From Eledone cirrhosa (taxonomy: Eukaryota): DNA of 64,000 nt. A program made the translations under genes and the position numbers. Below are positions 1-12,545 of this stretch, piece by piece; positions within the stretch are counted from its first letter, which is position 1, and each line of letters starts with the position of its first letter. The DNA is taken from the NCBI GenBank assembly GCA_964016885.1, contig OZ024762.1, positions 682,001-746,000 of the forward strand, given 5' to 3'. Below the pieces are notes generated by a model. That model had not been told where the DNA came from, did not search any database, and saw nothing but the letters and a program-made list of their open reading frames with translations.

Positions 1-558
1 AATAACAACAACAACAACAACAGCAAATTAATACAAGTAAAAAAGTAAATAAAAACAGAAATTGAAATTAAAAAGAAATAAAATATAATTATAATTATCG
101 ATACTGATAATTATAATTATTTGTAGTGATAATTATATTTAAAATCAATAAAATGAATAAATAAACAAAAATTAAATTAAAATGGTACTGTATGTTTTAG
201 TAGTAGTAGTAGTAGTAATGGTTGTGGTAGTAGTAGTGGTGGTATTGTTGTTAGTGGTGGTGGTCATGGTAGTAGTGGTAGTTATATTATCATTATTATT
301 AGTAGTAGTAGTAGTGGAGGTAGTAGTAGTAGTAGTGGTAGTAGTAGTAGTGGTAGTGGTAGTAGTAGTAGTGGTAGTTATAGTGGTAGTTGCAATCTAC
401 ATTGTTATCCATTTATGGAAGTATAAACATAAAAAACATTAAAAAAATAAATAAATAAATAAATAAATCGATCAAGCCCCCCCCCCCCTCCCCAAAAAAA
501 TCAATCAAACCAAAACAATATATAAATAAATAAATAAATATATAATTAAAACAGAAAG

Positions 559-602
559 TCAATCATGCAAAGAATCGTTAGTTAACGAGGAATTTATTAA
601 AG
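559..602 (-). CDS. Possible further or alternative terminal exon of SLC20 (TLINSSLTNDSLHD*)
   Basis: Short unique island between repeats with a ctgtcttgtcAG acceptor. In frame with exon 7 but ends in TGA. Confidence 0.3.
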
Positions 603-1094
603 CTGACAAGACAGACAGACAGACACATGCAGTATTCACCATCATCATCATCACCACCATCACCATCATCACCGCCATCATCATCATCACCACCATCACC
701 ATCATCACCGCCATCATCACCACCATCATCATCATCACCACCATCACCAACATCACCAACATCACCACCATCACCGCCATCATCACCACCATCATCACCA
801 CCATCACCACCATCATCATCATCACCACCATCACCACCACCATCATCACCGCCATCATCACCATCACCACCATCATCACCACCATCACCGCCATCATCAC
901 CACCATCATCACCATCATCACCGCCATCACCACCACCATCACCAACATCATCATCATCACCATCACCATCATCACCGCCGCCATCATCACCACCATCACC
1001 AACATCACCGCCATCACCACCACACCATCATCATCACCATCATCTCACTGAGGGTTGTTGTTCAGAGATCATACAGACATATATATAAATATAT

Positions 1095-1295
1095 ATCATC
1101 ATCATCATCATCATCATCATCATACGTCCACTTTTCCCTGCAAGGGTGGGACGGGTCCTCTTCAGCGCAGCATCTCTCCACTTGTCAAGGTCCTTCGTCA
1201 TCTCCTCCGTGAGTTTCACCAATCTGAGGTCACCTCTCACCACCTCCGCCCATCTTTTTCGTGGTCTTCCTCTACTGCATCTTCCTTCCACTGGG
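1095..1295 (-). mobile_element. 3' end fragment of an RTE-clade LINE with (ATG)n tail
   Basis: Translates to VEGRCSRGRPRKRWAEVVRGDL...KWR (RTE-type C-terminus), followed by CCCACCCTTGCAGGGAAAAGTGGACGT(ATG)n. Confidence 0.8.
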
Positions 1296-1494
1296 ATATA
1301 TATATATATACCCACAAACACACATATACATATACACATGTGCACATACACATACACACACACATATATATGCACCCACACACTGACACATACATATACA
1401 CATATACATACATACCCACATATACATATATATATATATATATATACACTCACACATTCATTCTATATTAAACACAAATATATATATAGATATG

Positions 1495-1555
<61 letters not shown>

Positions 1556-1675
1556 GAGGTGAGTTTTATTGTAGTACAATAAAGCAATGCAAATATCGGA
1601 TAAGAAGCACTCTACAGTTTGTAGGACTGGAGTATAAATAATATAAGATCAAAAGATGGTTAAAAGAGTTCCAAG

Positions 1676-1746
1676 TATTTTATTATGCGCATTTCAAAAA
1701 CAAATATCATAATGTGATGACATTTGCGTTCTCATCAGATAAAATA
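1676..1746 (-). ncRNA. Type I hammerhead ribozyme fold (family A)
   Basis: TATTTTAT-CTGATGA-[GAACGCAAATGTCAT..ATGATATTTGTTTTT]-GAAA-TGCGCA-TA^ATAAAATA: 8-bp stem I, long stem II, palindromic stem III. Confidence 0.8.
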
Positions 1747-1813
1747 GGGATACATATTTGTTTTTGAAATGCACATAATAAAATACTTGGAACTCTTTTA
1801 ACCATCTTTTAGT

Positions 1814-1886
<73 letters not shown>

Positions 1887-2065
1887 CAATTAAAGTTTCT
1901 TTTTAAAAGATTATTTAAATATATTTAAATATATTAGAAGCAGTTTATCTAAATAAAGCATGGGAGGGGGGGAAGGAAGGAGGAGGTGGAGGAAGGAAAA
2001 GGATGAGGTGGAGGAAGGAAGAGGATGAGGTGGAGGAAGAGGAGGAGGTGGAGGAAGACGCTCAC

Positions 2066-2158
2066 TCGCTATCTGAGGTAAGGTGCCAGGAAGTTTCTCA
2101 TAAATATCCTCAGTACTGTTGACAGGTGAAGGGAAACTGCGCATTTTCTGGCATCTTT
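2066..2158 (-). CDS. SLC20A: SLC20/PiT exon 7, start of the large intracellular loop (KRCQKMRSFPSPVNSTEDIYEKLPGTLPQIA)
   Basis: tgtctcttttAG acceptor, GTGAGC donor, phase-compatible and open. The loop region is poorly conserved, so support is structural only. Confidence 0.7.
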
Positions 2159-2174
2159 CTAAAAGAGACAGAGA

Positions 2175-2760
2175 AGAACATGGAGGACAGAACAACAGCT
2201 GAACATGGAGCACTGGTGGACATGGAGGATTGGTGGACTGCTGGGTTGTAGAACATGGAGAACAGAACAACAGCTGAACATGGAGCACTGGTGGACATGG
2301 AGGATTGGTGGAATGCTGGGTTGTAGAACATGGAGGACAGAACAACAGCTGAACATGGAGGATTGGTGGACTGCTGGGTTGTAGAACATGGAGGACAGAA
2401 CAACAGCTGAACATGGAGCACTGGTGGACATGGAGGATTGGTGGAATGCTGGGTTGTAGAACATGGAGGACAGAACAACAGCTGAACATGGAGGATTGGT
2501 GGACTGCTGGGTTGTAGAACATGGAGGACAGAACAACAGCTGAACATGGAGGATTGGTGGACTGCTGGGTTGTAGAACATGGAGAACAGAACAACAGCTG
2601 AACATGGAGCACTGGTGGACATGGAGGATTGGTGGAATGCTGGGTTGTAGAACATGGAGGACAGAACAACAGCTGAACATGGAGCACTGGTGGACATGGA
2701 GGCCAGTTGGACATGGAGGACAGCTGGACATGGAGGACTGCAAGACATGGTGAATTGTCA
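2175..2760. repeat. Intronic minisatellite, 57/75-bp units built from ACATGGAGGA sub-repeats
   Basis: Direct inspection. Confidence 0.9.
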
Positions 2761-3918
2761 GACATGCAGGACTGAAATCACACATTATTGTAGGGGTGAG
2801 AAACCAACACAGACAAAAGATGTGGATGTAGAAAGATAGGTGGACAGACAGACCAACAAATAGATAGACATATAGACAGAGAAGTAGACAGATAGAGAGA
2901 TAGACAAAGAGGTAGACAGATAGACAGATGGATGTTCAAATATCTCGGTACATGAACTGTTAGGTGTAAAACAATGAAAAATAAACCAGAAAATACGAGC
3001 AACAACAACAAAAACCAGTGCATGCATAAAAACAACAAAAATATATTAGAGTGAGTTAAAACAAATATTGTTTCTTTCAACCACAAAAACAAGAAAAACA
3101 TGCTTTAAAATGTTTAATGGCAAGAAACTCTCAGGAGAGTTGGACAGCAGAAGATCTTTAGAGAAGAAACCTGCTTCAAGTGAGTGTTCCAGCCCTTAAA
3201 TATATGTATTTTATATATCTTAACCCTTTAGCAATTACATTACTCTATATATACTATTGTATTTTCACAGGAAAGTCTTTACCTAACATAATATCTCACA
3301 TAACATTTACATTACTCTATATATACTATTGTATTTTCACAGTAAACGCTTTACCTCACATAATATCTCACATAACATTTACATTACTCTATATATACTA
3401 TTGTATTTTCACAGTAAAGGCTTTACTTCAAATAATATTTGAGAACAATACCATAACATCAGTATGAGTAGCTGGTTATGGCCAGTTTGAAGAGAAAGAG
3501 ATGAGAGAATTCTGGCCGGATATGACTGGTTTAAATGCTAAAGGGCTAAAGTGGTATGGAACTCTCAGGAGAGATGAATAGCAGAGGGTCTTCAGAGAAG
3601 AAAGCCCATCTTAAGCGAGTGTTTCAGCCCTAAAGATATCATTTAAGATACATAAACAATTACTCTGTATACTCAAATACAAGTTGAGCAATATGTGACC
3701 CCAAAAATTAATGGTAAAATGGATGAGAAGAGGGATAGCTTATATACACCATCTAAACGATGTGTTGATTAGCTGCCTTGGTTTATATACAGGGGTTTTG
3801 TGGGGGTACATTTCTCAGACATAGAATAGGGGTCCCCTTATATTTGGAGTCAGCTTATATTCGAGTATATATGGCAGTAATTAACGACAAAACAATAACG
3901 AGCTGGTGAACGAAATTA

Positions 3919-4040
3919 CCGTATTTCCCATCCTCGAAGACTCACCATAATTTTGACAACCAAAAATTAAAATGAACAACCTTCGACCTCCAGGACACAT
4001 TTTAGGGGAAAAGTAGCGTCTTTGAGGCCAGGAAATACGG
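3919..4040. mobile_element. Small pogo/Tc1-type MITE
   Basis: TA|CCGTATTTCC ... GGAAATACGG|TA terminal inverted repeat. Confidence 0.55.
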
Positions 4041-5002
4041 TAATTTATTTTAAATATTTGAATAAAGTATAATGGTAAACATAATAGGATGTGTGTGAGA
4101 GTGGGGTGGTGTGTGTGTAGGTGTGGGTGTGTGAGAGTGGGCTGGTGTGGGTGTGATGCTACATGGTAGTGAAACATAGGCAGAAGACATGCATAGAATG
4201 GAGAAAAATGAAGTAACCATGTGTATATATACATTTATAACTACGCATGTATATATGTATATAAGTATATATGTATATATGTATATAAATATATATGTAT
4301 ATTTGTATATAAGTATATATGTATATATGTATATAAGTATATATGTATATAAGTATATATGTATATATGTATATAAGTATATATGTATATAAGTATATAT
4401 GTATATACCTATATATTTACATACCTGTATACGTATATGTGCGTATGTCTGAGTTTATGTATATATATGTGAATATTCGTATATATATGTATGTATAAAT
4501 ATATACCTATATATGTATGTGTATATCATCATCATCACTGTTTTACGTCCGTTCTTCCACGCTAGCATGGGTTAGACGGGTTGTCCTGTTGTGGGCAATG
4601 CCAGGTCGGCTGACCTTGTCTTGCTCATACGGAACTATATATATATACCTATATATGTATACCTATATATGTATATATATATGTATGTGAGAATATGTGT
4701 GAATGTATGTCTATAGCTATATATATATATATGTATGTATATATGTATGTTTATAGCTATATATATATGTGTGTGTGTATATAACTATATATGTATGTAT
4801 ATATGTATGTTTATAGCTATATATATATATATGTGTGTATATAACTATATATGTATGTATATATGTATGTCTATAGCTATATATATGTGTGTATATAACT
4901 ATATATGTGTATATGTATGTTTATAGCTATATATATATATGTGTGTGTGTGTGTAGTTGTAACTGAGGTACTACAAAGAAGAAAGAAAGCTCTAGAACTT
5001 AC

Positions 5003-5122
5003 TGATAATCTTTTTCCTCATATGTGGCACCAACAGGAAGTAGACTCCAAGACCAACGAGGATTCCTACACCAAATGTTATAATGAAGACACCATACAGT
5101 GGAATCTTATCAAAACCAAGCA
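5003..5122 (-). CDS. SLC20A: SLC20/PiT exon 6 (LLGFDKIPLYGVFIITFGVGILVGLGVYFLLVPHMRKKII)
   Basis: tttcAG acceptor, GTAAGT donor. Resembles PiT LLGFDKLPLWG...CPRMKRKI. Confidence 0.92.
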
Positions 5123-5882
5123 CTGAAATATTGAATTGGAAAATGAAATTTACAGCTCACACCAATATAAATCTAGCTGGGGGGTTTTAATAGTAGGGAC
5201 CCCTATGTAGGTTTAGCTGACCTCCTACAAGGGTGCATCTCATCAGAGGTTTCTCAGGTGTTTTAATGATAGGGACCCTAGTCCTATCATGTTACAGCTC
5301 ACACCTATGTAGGTTTAGTTGGGGTGTTTAATGATAGGGATTCCAGTTCACTAATATTGTTACAACTCACACATATTTAGGTTTAGCTGGATGCATATGG
5401 GGTTTATACCTTGGAGGAGGTTTCTCAGGTATTTTAATAATAGGGTGCTTTTATCATGGCATTGAAATGACCACTTTACAGGGTGAATTGGGTGCTTTTT
5501 GTCATGTCGCCATCATGACCACCTTACAGTATGGAGTGGGTGCTTTTCCTTGTGGCACCAGATCAGCATACAGAGTGGACTTTGTGCTATTTGTCATGAC
5601 TCAAAGTGTTTATAATTATCTAAAATTCTTCTATGATCATTTTTTTAACCCTTTAGTTACCAACCTGGCCAAAACCAGCTCTGGTTCTATGAAATAAAAC
5701 CACCCATTTTAAAGGTTTCCAATTTAAATTAAAATCTCCCAACATAATTTTATATAAGAACCTTACATTACTATCTTAAGAGATTTACTAAAGTAAATCT
5801 CTCAAAATTGTTCATTAACTAATTAAACTATAGTGTATTTCATTAGAAATGTGGTCATGAAAAGGTTAAGAAGCTATATTAA

Positions 5883-6778
5883 CCCTTTAGAATTTACATT
5901 ACTCTATATATACTATTGTATTTTCATAGTAAAGGCTTTACCTCATATAATATCTCACATAACATTTACATTACTCTATATATACTATTGTATTTTCACA
6001 GTAAAGGCTTTACCTCACATAATATCTCACATAACATTTACATTACTCTATATATACTATTGTATTTTCACAGTAAAGGCTTTACCTCACATAATATCTT
6101 ACATAACATTTACATTACTCTATATATACTATTGTATTTTCACAGTAAAGGCTTTACCTCACATAATATCTTACATAACATTTACATTACTCTATATATA
6201 CTATTGTATTTTCACAGTAAAGGCTTTACCTCACATAATATCTCACATAACATTTACATTACTCTATATATACTATTGTATTTTCACAGTAAAGGCTTTA
6301 CCTCACATAATATCTCACATAACATTTACATTACTCTATATATACTATTGTATTTTCACAGTAAAGGCTTTACCTCACATAATATCTCACATAACATTTA
6401 CATTACTCTATATATACTATTGTATTTTCACAGTAAAGGCTTTACCTCACATAATATCTCACATAACATTTACATTACTCTATATATACTATTGTATTTT
6501 CACAGTAAAGGCTTTACATCACATAATATCTCACATAACATTTACATTACTCTATATATACTATTGTATTGTCACAGTAAAGGCTTTACCTCACATAATA
6601 TCTCACATAACATTTACATTACTCTATATATACTATTGTATTTTCACAGTAAAGGCTTTATCTTACATAATATCTTACATAATATCGAATATATGAGATT
6701 TTGATGTTAATTATTTTGAGAACACTACCTTAACATCAGTATGAGTGGCTGGTTACAGCCAGTTTAAATGCTAAAGGG
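5883..6778. mobile_element. piggyBac-type MITE (TTAA|CCCTTTAG...CTAAAGGG|TTAA) containing ~13 copies of a 60-bp repeat
   Basis: TTAA at 5879-5882 and 6779-6782, with short TIRs. Shorter copy at 3224-3545 (~3 units). Inverted copy at ~22305-23034 (~12 units, one TIR visible). Confidence 0.7.
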
Positions 6779-6838
6779 TTAAGTTAGTTACTTTATTGAA
6801 TCACTTGAGAAGATATAAAAGAGATTCTAAGAACTTAC

Positions 6839-6935
6839 ATTCCGATCCTTCAAAGAATATAGAAAACATGTTGACAGCAACTGTGGAAGCATAGAATATT
6901 GGAAGAAACTTTAAACCAGGCTCCAGAGCATTTGC
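6839..6935 (-). CDS. SLC20A: SLC20/PiT exon 5 (ANALEPGLKFLPIFYASTVAVNMFSIFFEGSE)
   Basis: ttttgtAG acceptor (phase 0), GTAAGT donor. Resembles vertebrate PiT GLRALPVFYACTVGINLFSI. Confidence 0.92.
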
Positions 6936-7109
6936 CTACAAAAGTAAAAAAAAGGAGAGACTTCAGTTAATAAAATTGATTACACATATATATATATATT
7001 CACAGACACATACAGCTATGTGGCTGTTTATGAATGTGTAGTGGAGCATGTATATATATATATATATATATGTATTTAATTAGAAAGTGAACAACACAAA
7101 ACATAACTA

Positions 7110-7177
7110 CTCCATTACCAAAGGTTTCTGGATCCCAGACAATATTAATATATGTCTGGATCGGTCATCAGACAGAG
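7110..7177 (-). ncRNA. Hammerhead fold (family B); related copy at 50389-50456 (+)
   Basis: CTCTGT CTGATGA ..GATCCAGACA..TGTCTGGGATC.. GAAA CCTTTGG TA^ATGGAG. Confidence 0.6.
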
Positions 7178-7382
7178 ATACGACGTTTATTATTTTCGTC
7201 TGTGATCCAGAAACCTTTGGTAATGGAGTAGTTATATTTTGTGTTGTTCACTTTCTAATTAAATAGCTCTGTGCTATACATAGAGCACTCTTTTTTCCTT
7301 TGCTTTTTCTCCGGAATTACCTAACATATATATATATATACGATATATTAACAAATGGAAACTATATTTATAAAACCATATT

Positions 7383-7447
7383 TATTTCATTATACATATT
7401 TCAAGGACACCAAGTTAAATTATGGCGTGCTTTCATCAGACAAAATA
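7383..7447 (-). ncRNA. Hammerhead fold (family C); relatives at 18590-18650 (+), 26280-26332 (-), 47929-47989 (-), partial at 31253 (+)
   Basis: TATTTYRT CTGAYGA ... GAAA TAYRTA TA^ATRAAATA. The 47929 copy shows compensatory stem I (TATTTCAT/ATGAAATA versus TATTTTAT/ATAAAATA at 18590). Confidence 0.68.
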
Positions 7448-7773
7448 TAATATATCAGTTTTATAAATAAATATTGACATACCCTTAAAGAATGCGACCA
7501 TTCCTGTTGGAAGCTCCCGGATAGTATATATATATATATCAGGATGGATTCAGTTTAAAACTGGTTAGACCATTACTCACCAGAGTACTCAATACTTGGG
7601 GTAGTAGAGTATGTTTATATTATAAATAGTCAGGACCCGACAGCTGAGCTCTTGCCAGTTCAACAGCTATTTCTAGACTAACTTAGTCTGGAACTAGCTG
7701 TTTCTGCTGAACAGCTCGAGGAACGATTGATTATGTTCCTGACTCTGGGATCGGAAGCTCCTCAGATATATGC

Positions 7774-7811
<38 letters not shown>

Positions 7812-8140
7812 TCATCATCATCATCATTTTACGTCCACTTTTCCCTGCTTACAAGGGTGGGGCGGTCATGGTTAGTGTTATTGCTGTTTGTGCAGTTGTT
7901 GCAATTCTCATTTGTTGTGCTCATAGTTTTTTGGCAGTAGTATATACACTGGTTGGATGCCCTTCCTAACACTAGCACCACTTTACAGCATGGACAGGGT
8001 GCTTTTATTTGTGCCACCAGCACTAGAGAGGTTGTCTTACTGGACCCAGGGGCCCTATCCGCCCCTATACATATATATATGTATGTTTGTATATATTATG
8101 AGACAGTTTTATGTGTACAACGTCTCTTTAATACATAATT

Positions 8141-8207
8141 CTGTTATACGTATTTCGAAGATGTCAGTGTTTGTATAATAACCTCCTGACATGTTCTCAT
8201 CAGACAG
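8141..8207 (-). ncRNA. Hammerhead fold (family D)
   Basis: CTGT CTGATGA GAACATGTCAG..CTGACATCTTC GAAA TACGTA TA^ACAG. Confidence 0.75.
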
Positions 8208-8382
8208 TTTAAGCTGCATTGTTTCAGTCTTTGATATGTTCCTGATTTATCATAGTGTTTACATCACTGTCCACTGGACAGAGAGTTAAGCACTACAATA
8301 AATGTGTGTAGCTGTGTGTGTATGTGTAGCTGTGTGTATGTGTGTATGTGTGTATATAGGTATAATGAAAGTATGTACTTAC

Positions 8383-8468
8383 AGCATTGAGGACGTAGTA
8401 TCTGATAAGGATGAATATACCAGTGGAAGCCAGACCAGAGAGGAGGGGTGATATAAACCAGGAACTGA
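8383..8468 (-). CDS. SLC20A: SLC20/PiT exon 4 (ISSWFISPLLSGLASTGIFILIRYYVLNA)
   Basis: tctcAG acceptor, GTAAGT donor, conserved SWFxSPLLSG motif. Confidence 0.93.
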
Positions 8469-9156
8469 CTGAGATGAGACAGACATAGATATATATAAGA
8501 AACATGATGGTGGTGGTGATGGTGATGTTGGAAGTGATGGTGGTAGTGTTGGTGTTAGTGGTGGTGGTGGTAGTGGTATTGGTGGTGGTGTTGGTGTTAG
8601 TGGAAGTGGTGGTGGTGTTGGTGTTAGTGGTAGTGGTGGTGGTGGTGGTGGTAGTGGTATTGGTGGTGGTGTTGGTGTTAGTGGTAGTGGTGGTGGTGGT
8701 GGTGGTAGTGGTATTGGTGGTGGTGTTGGTGTTAGTGGTAGTGGTGGTGGTGGTGGTGGTAGTGGTATTGGTGGTGGTGTTGGTGTTAGTGGAAGTGGTG
8801 GTGGTGTTGGTGTTAGTGGTAGTGGTGGTGGTGGTGGTGGTAGTGGTATTGGTGGTGGTGTTGGTGTTAGTGGTAGTGGTGGTGGTGGTGGTGGTAGTGG
8901 TATTGGTGGTGGTGTTGGTGTTAGTGGAAGTGGTGGTGGTGTTGGTGTTAGTGGTAGTGGTGGTGGTGGTGGTGGTAGTGGTATTGGTGGTGGTGTTGGT
9001 GTTAGTGGAAGTGGTGGTAGTGTTGGTGTTAGTGGAAGTGGTGGTGGTGTTGGTGTTAGTGGTAGTGGTGGTGGTGGTGGTGGTAGTGGTATTGGTGGTG
9101 GTGTTGGTGTTGGTGTTAGTGGAAGTGATGGTGGTGGTCTGTTATATTTTACTTAC

Positions 9157-9297
9157 TGATAATTCCTATTTTTGACCATTTCACTCCTTGCGAACCATGA
9201 GCTACGAGGGCAAACCCTAGAGTTGAGCCGACAATGCTGTGGGTGGCCGACACCGGGAGACGGAGGAATGTTGCAAAGAGGAGCCAAAAACAGGAAC
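9157..9297 (-). CDS. SLC20A: SLC20/PiT exon 3 ([47 protein letters not shown])
   Basis: tttgctAG acceptor, GTAAGT donor, conserved LPVSxTHxIVG motif. Confidence 0.94.
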
Positions 9298-9716
9298 CTA
9301 GCAAACAAAGAAAAGTCATTTTATTTTTAATTAGTAGCTACAGTTAAGTACTGACTTGGTCTGTGAAGACTTGTCCAGCCCATGCTAGCAGAGGAAGTCT
9401 TGTACTCTCAGTCTCATCACACCACAGAAACCAGGGTAAACACCAACCCGATGAACCTCTGGGCTTGATACAGCCTTTAAACTTACAATGGACTGGCTTC
9501 TTATCCAGGGGGAAGTCTCCTCCGGGTTTGAGACAGACTTTAGAGGATGTATATTTGGTATGGTCCCGTAACTCCTGATAGAGACGTAGGGGTGCTGTAT
9601 TGACATACAGCGTTCCTTGGCTATTTTGAAGCAAGGCAGATCCCACCCCTCTCCAGAAGGTATAGATATCATAAATACAGCCATGAAAGGGTTAACAATA
9701 AGGATTTTCTACGCAC

Positions 9717-9818
9717 CTGTAACACTAGCTACGTTGCCCATCATTAGGACTTCTTCAGTCCCGTTGTAAGGGGTTACATCTATAATACCTTTCCGTATCG
9801 TATCAGACACTCGAGCAC
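9717..9818 (-). CDS. SLC20A: SLC20/PiT exon 2 (GARVSDTIRKGIIDVTPYNGTEEVLMMGNVASVT)
   Basis: Read manually: ctctccccAG acceptor, GTGCGT donor, phases match. Resembles the PiT VSETIRKG motif. Confidence 0.93.
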
Positions 9819-9936
9819 CTGGGGAGAGAGAGAGAGAGAGATACAGTGGTGGTGGTGGTGGTGGTGGTGAAAGTGATTATGAGATGATGATGATGATGAT
9901 TGTGGTAGTGATGATGATGATGATGGTGTTACTTAC

Positions 9937-10126
9937 CAAGTAGAATGGCTCCAAGCGTCTCAAAGATCGTTGCTAGGATACAGGCCTGTTTAAGGGTCAG
10001 AACTTTGGCCCCTACTGAGGTGCCAAACGAGTTGGCCACATCGTTAGCACCGATACCAAACGCCAACACAAATGCAATGATGAATCCAACTACGACCATC
10101 CATAACCAGTTTTCTGGGATGTCCAT
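9937..10126 (-). CDS. SLC20A: SLC20/PiT Na+-phosphate symporter, coding exon 1 ([63 protein letters not shown])
   Basis: Contains the PiT/PHO4 signature [14 protein letters not shown]. Ends at a G|GTAAGT donor (phase 1). Confidence 0.95.
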
Positions 10127-11032
10127 ATTGTGGTGGTGGTGGTGTTGTAGTGGTGTGGTGGTGTGGTGGTGTTGTAGTGGTGTGGTGGTGGTGATGTGGT
10201 GGTGTGGTGGTGGTGGTGTGGTGGTGTGGTGGTGTGGTGGTGGTGGTGTTGTAGTGGTGTGGTGGTGGTGATGTGGTGGTGTGGTGGTGGTGGTGTTGTA
10301 GTGGTGTGGTGGTGGTGATGTAGTGGTGGTGTTGTAGTGGTGATGTAGTGGTGGTGTGGTGGTGGTGTAGTGGTGTGGTGGTGGTGGTGGTGGTGTGGTG
10401 GTGGTGTAGTGGTGTGGTGGTGGTGGTGTTGTAGTGGTGTGGTGGTGGTCGTGTGGTGTGGTGGTGTGGTGGTGGTGGTGTTGTAGTGGTGTGGTGGTGG
10501 TGATGTAGTGGTGGTGTAGTGGTGTTGTAGTGGTGTGGTGGTGGTGGTGTGGTGGTGTTGTAGTGGTGTGGTGTGGTGTTGTAGTGGTGTGGTGGTGGTG
10601 GTGGTGTGGTAGTGGTGATGTAGTGGTGATTGAGGTAGTGCTGTGGTTGTGTTGTGGTGGCTGTGGTGGTGGTGATGTAGTGGTATGGCAGTGGTGGTGT
10701 GATGGCAGTGGTGGTGGTGGTGGTGGTGGTGTAGTGATGTGGTTTGGGTTGGATGCGTAAAAAATATGAAATAGAATATCTATCTATATACGTATATGTT
10801 TGTATATATATATATATGTGTGTGTATGTATGTATATATATATATGTGTGTGTGTGTATAAATATATATATATATGTGTGTGTGTATGTATGTATATATA
10901 TGTGTGTGTATGTATATATATGTGTATGTATGTATATATAAATATATATATATATATGTGTGTGTGTATGTATATATATATGGGTGTGTATAACTATATA
11001 TATATGTCTGTGTCTATGTATAAATATTTATA

Positions 11033-11068
<36 letters not shown>

Positions 11069-11216
11069 TGTCTGCGTTATATATTATTATTCAGGAATTT
11101 TCATGATAGAAGTTGTTTTCCGGGCTGAAATGAAAAAAATATATCTTTAATGGATGATGATGATGATATCTTTATATAGAATATAAAGGAACCGGCTGGT
11201 AACCCATCAACATCAT

Positions 11217-11296
<80 letters not shown>

Positions 11297-11299
11297 CAT

Positions 11300-11342
<43 letters not shown>

Positions 11343-11351
11343 CATATATAT

Positions 11352-11434
<83 letters not shown>

Positions 11435-11469
11435 CATATATATATAGTCTTCATATTTATTATTTTTAC

Positions 11470-11511
<42 letters not shown>

Positions 11512-11769
11512 GTTCCGCAACAGTTAATTCACCATTTCTGAGAACAATTGTTTCACCTTACTCGGATCATCAGCTCGATTTAAACTGAGCTCTTTAAGAT
11601 GAATCATTATGCTACAAAATATGACTATTTTCACTTGAGACGACAAACTGGAGAGAAAAGTAGAAAGAGAGGGAGATAAATAACTAAGAAAAATACACAA
11701 ATAGATTCTTCAGGGCACAGAATCTCTCATCCTCTCCCCTTTCCCCTCTATTCCTTCCGTGGCCTGAGT

Positions 11770-12130
11770 CAGAGACAAAACTAGGGAAAATATCCCCAAT
11801 GGCAAGCAGTGAAATTGTGTCCCTGCCCAGAGACAAAACTAGGGAAAATAGCCCCGCCCCAATGGCAAGCAGTGAAATTGTGTCCCTGCCCAGAGACAAA
11901 ACTAGGGAAAATAGCCCCAATGGCAAGCAGTGAAATTGTGTCCCTGCCCAGAGACAAAACTAGGGAAAATATCCCCAATGGCAAGCAGTGAAATTGTGTC
12001 CCTGCCCAGAGACAAAACTAGGGAAAATAGCCCCGCCCCAATGGCAAGCAGTGAAATTGTGTCCCTGCCCAGAGACAAAACTAGGGAAAATAGCCCCAAT
12101 GGCAAGCAGTGAAATTGTGTCCCTGCCCAG
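11770..12130. repeat. Minisatellite with 58/63-bp units (CAGAGACAAAACTAGGGAAAATA...GTCCCTGCC), ~6 copies
   Basis: Direct inspection. Confidence 0.9.
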
Positions 12131-12498
12131 CACTGTATTTTTATCTATGGTCCTAATAGTTTATATAAAGGATTTAATGATCCAGCCACCATAGTGTTTC
12201 TCACCCATGATAGAGACAGATCATACATCTGAAGGAGTTTCTTTTTTCACTCTCTGACGAGGTTTATTTGACTTTAATAGAACCTGCTCCTAGTCCAAAT
12301 GGTACCCCTCCCTTAAAGTGGCGCCCATGGCACGTACCATGCTTGTCATACCTTAGTTACACCTCTACTGATAGTCCTAGCCTTTTCCCTCCTTTTCCTC
12401 TCATTTTTGGCATTTATAGTTCTTTCCTTTATTTTCCTCTACAGCCAGATCTGCCATTCTTTACTCCTTCCCCTTTTTTTCATTACTTGAACAGTAAA

Positions 12499-12545
12499 CT
12501 GCACTGATGAAGGGTAATCACCCAGAAACATTAGTGTCTGCTGTT
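12499..12545 (+). ncRNA. Degenerate hammerhead fold
   Basis: GCA CTGATGA AGGGT-AATC-ACCCA GAAA CATTAGTG TC^TGC. Confidence 0.5.

Noticed and set aside
5833-6704. 287/262-aa ORFs with 20-aa periodicity (also 22305-23030, 1911-2785, 24030-24429)
   Set aside because: Products of tandem repeats whose unit length is a multiple of 3. Several are intronic or antisense to SLC20.
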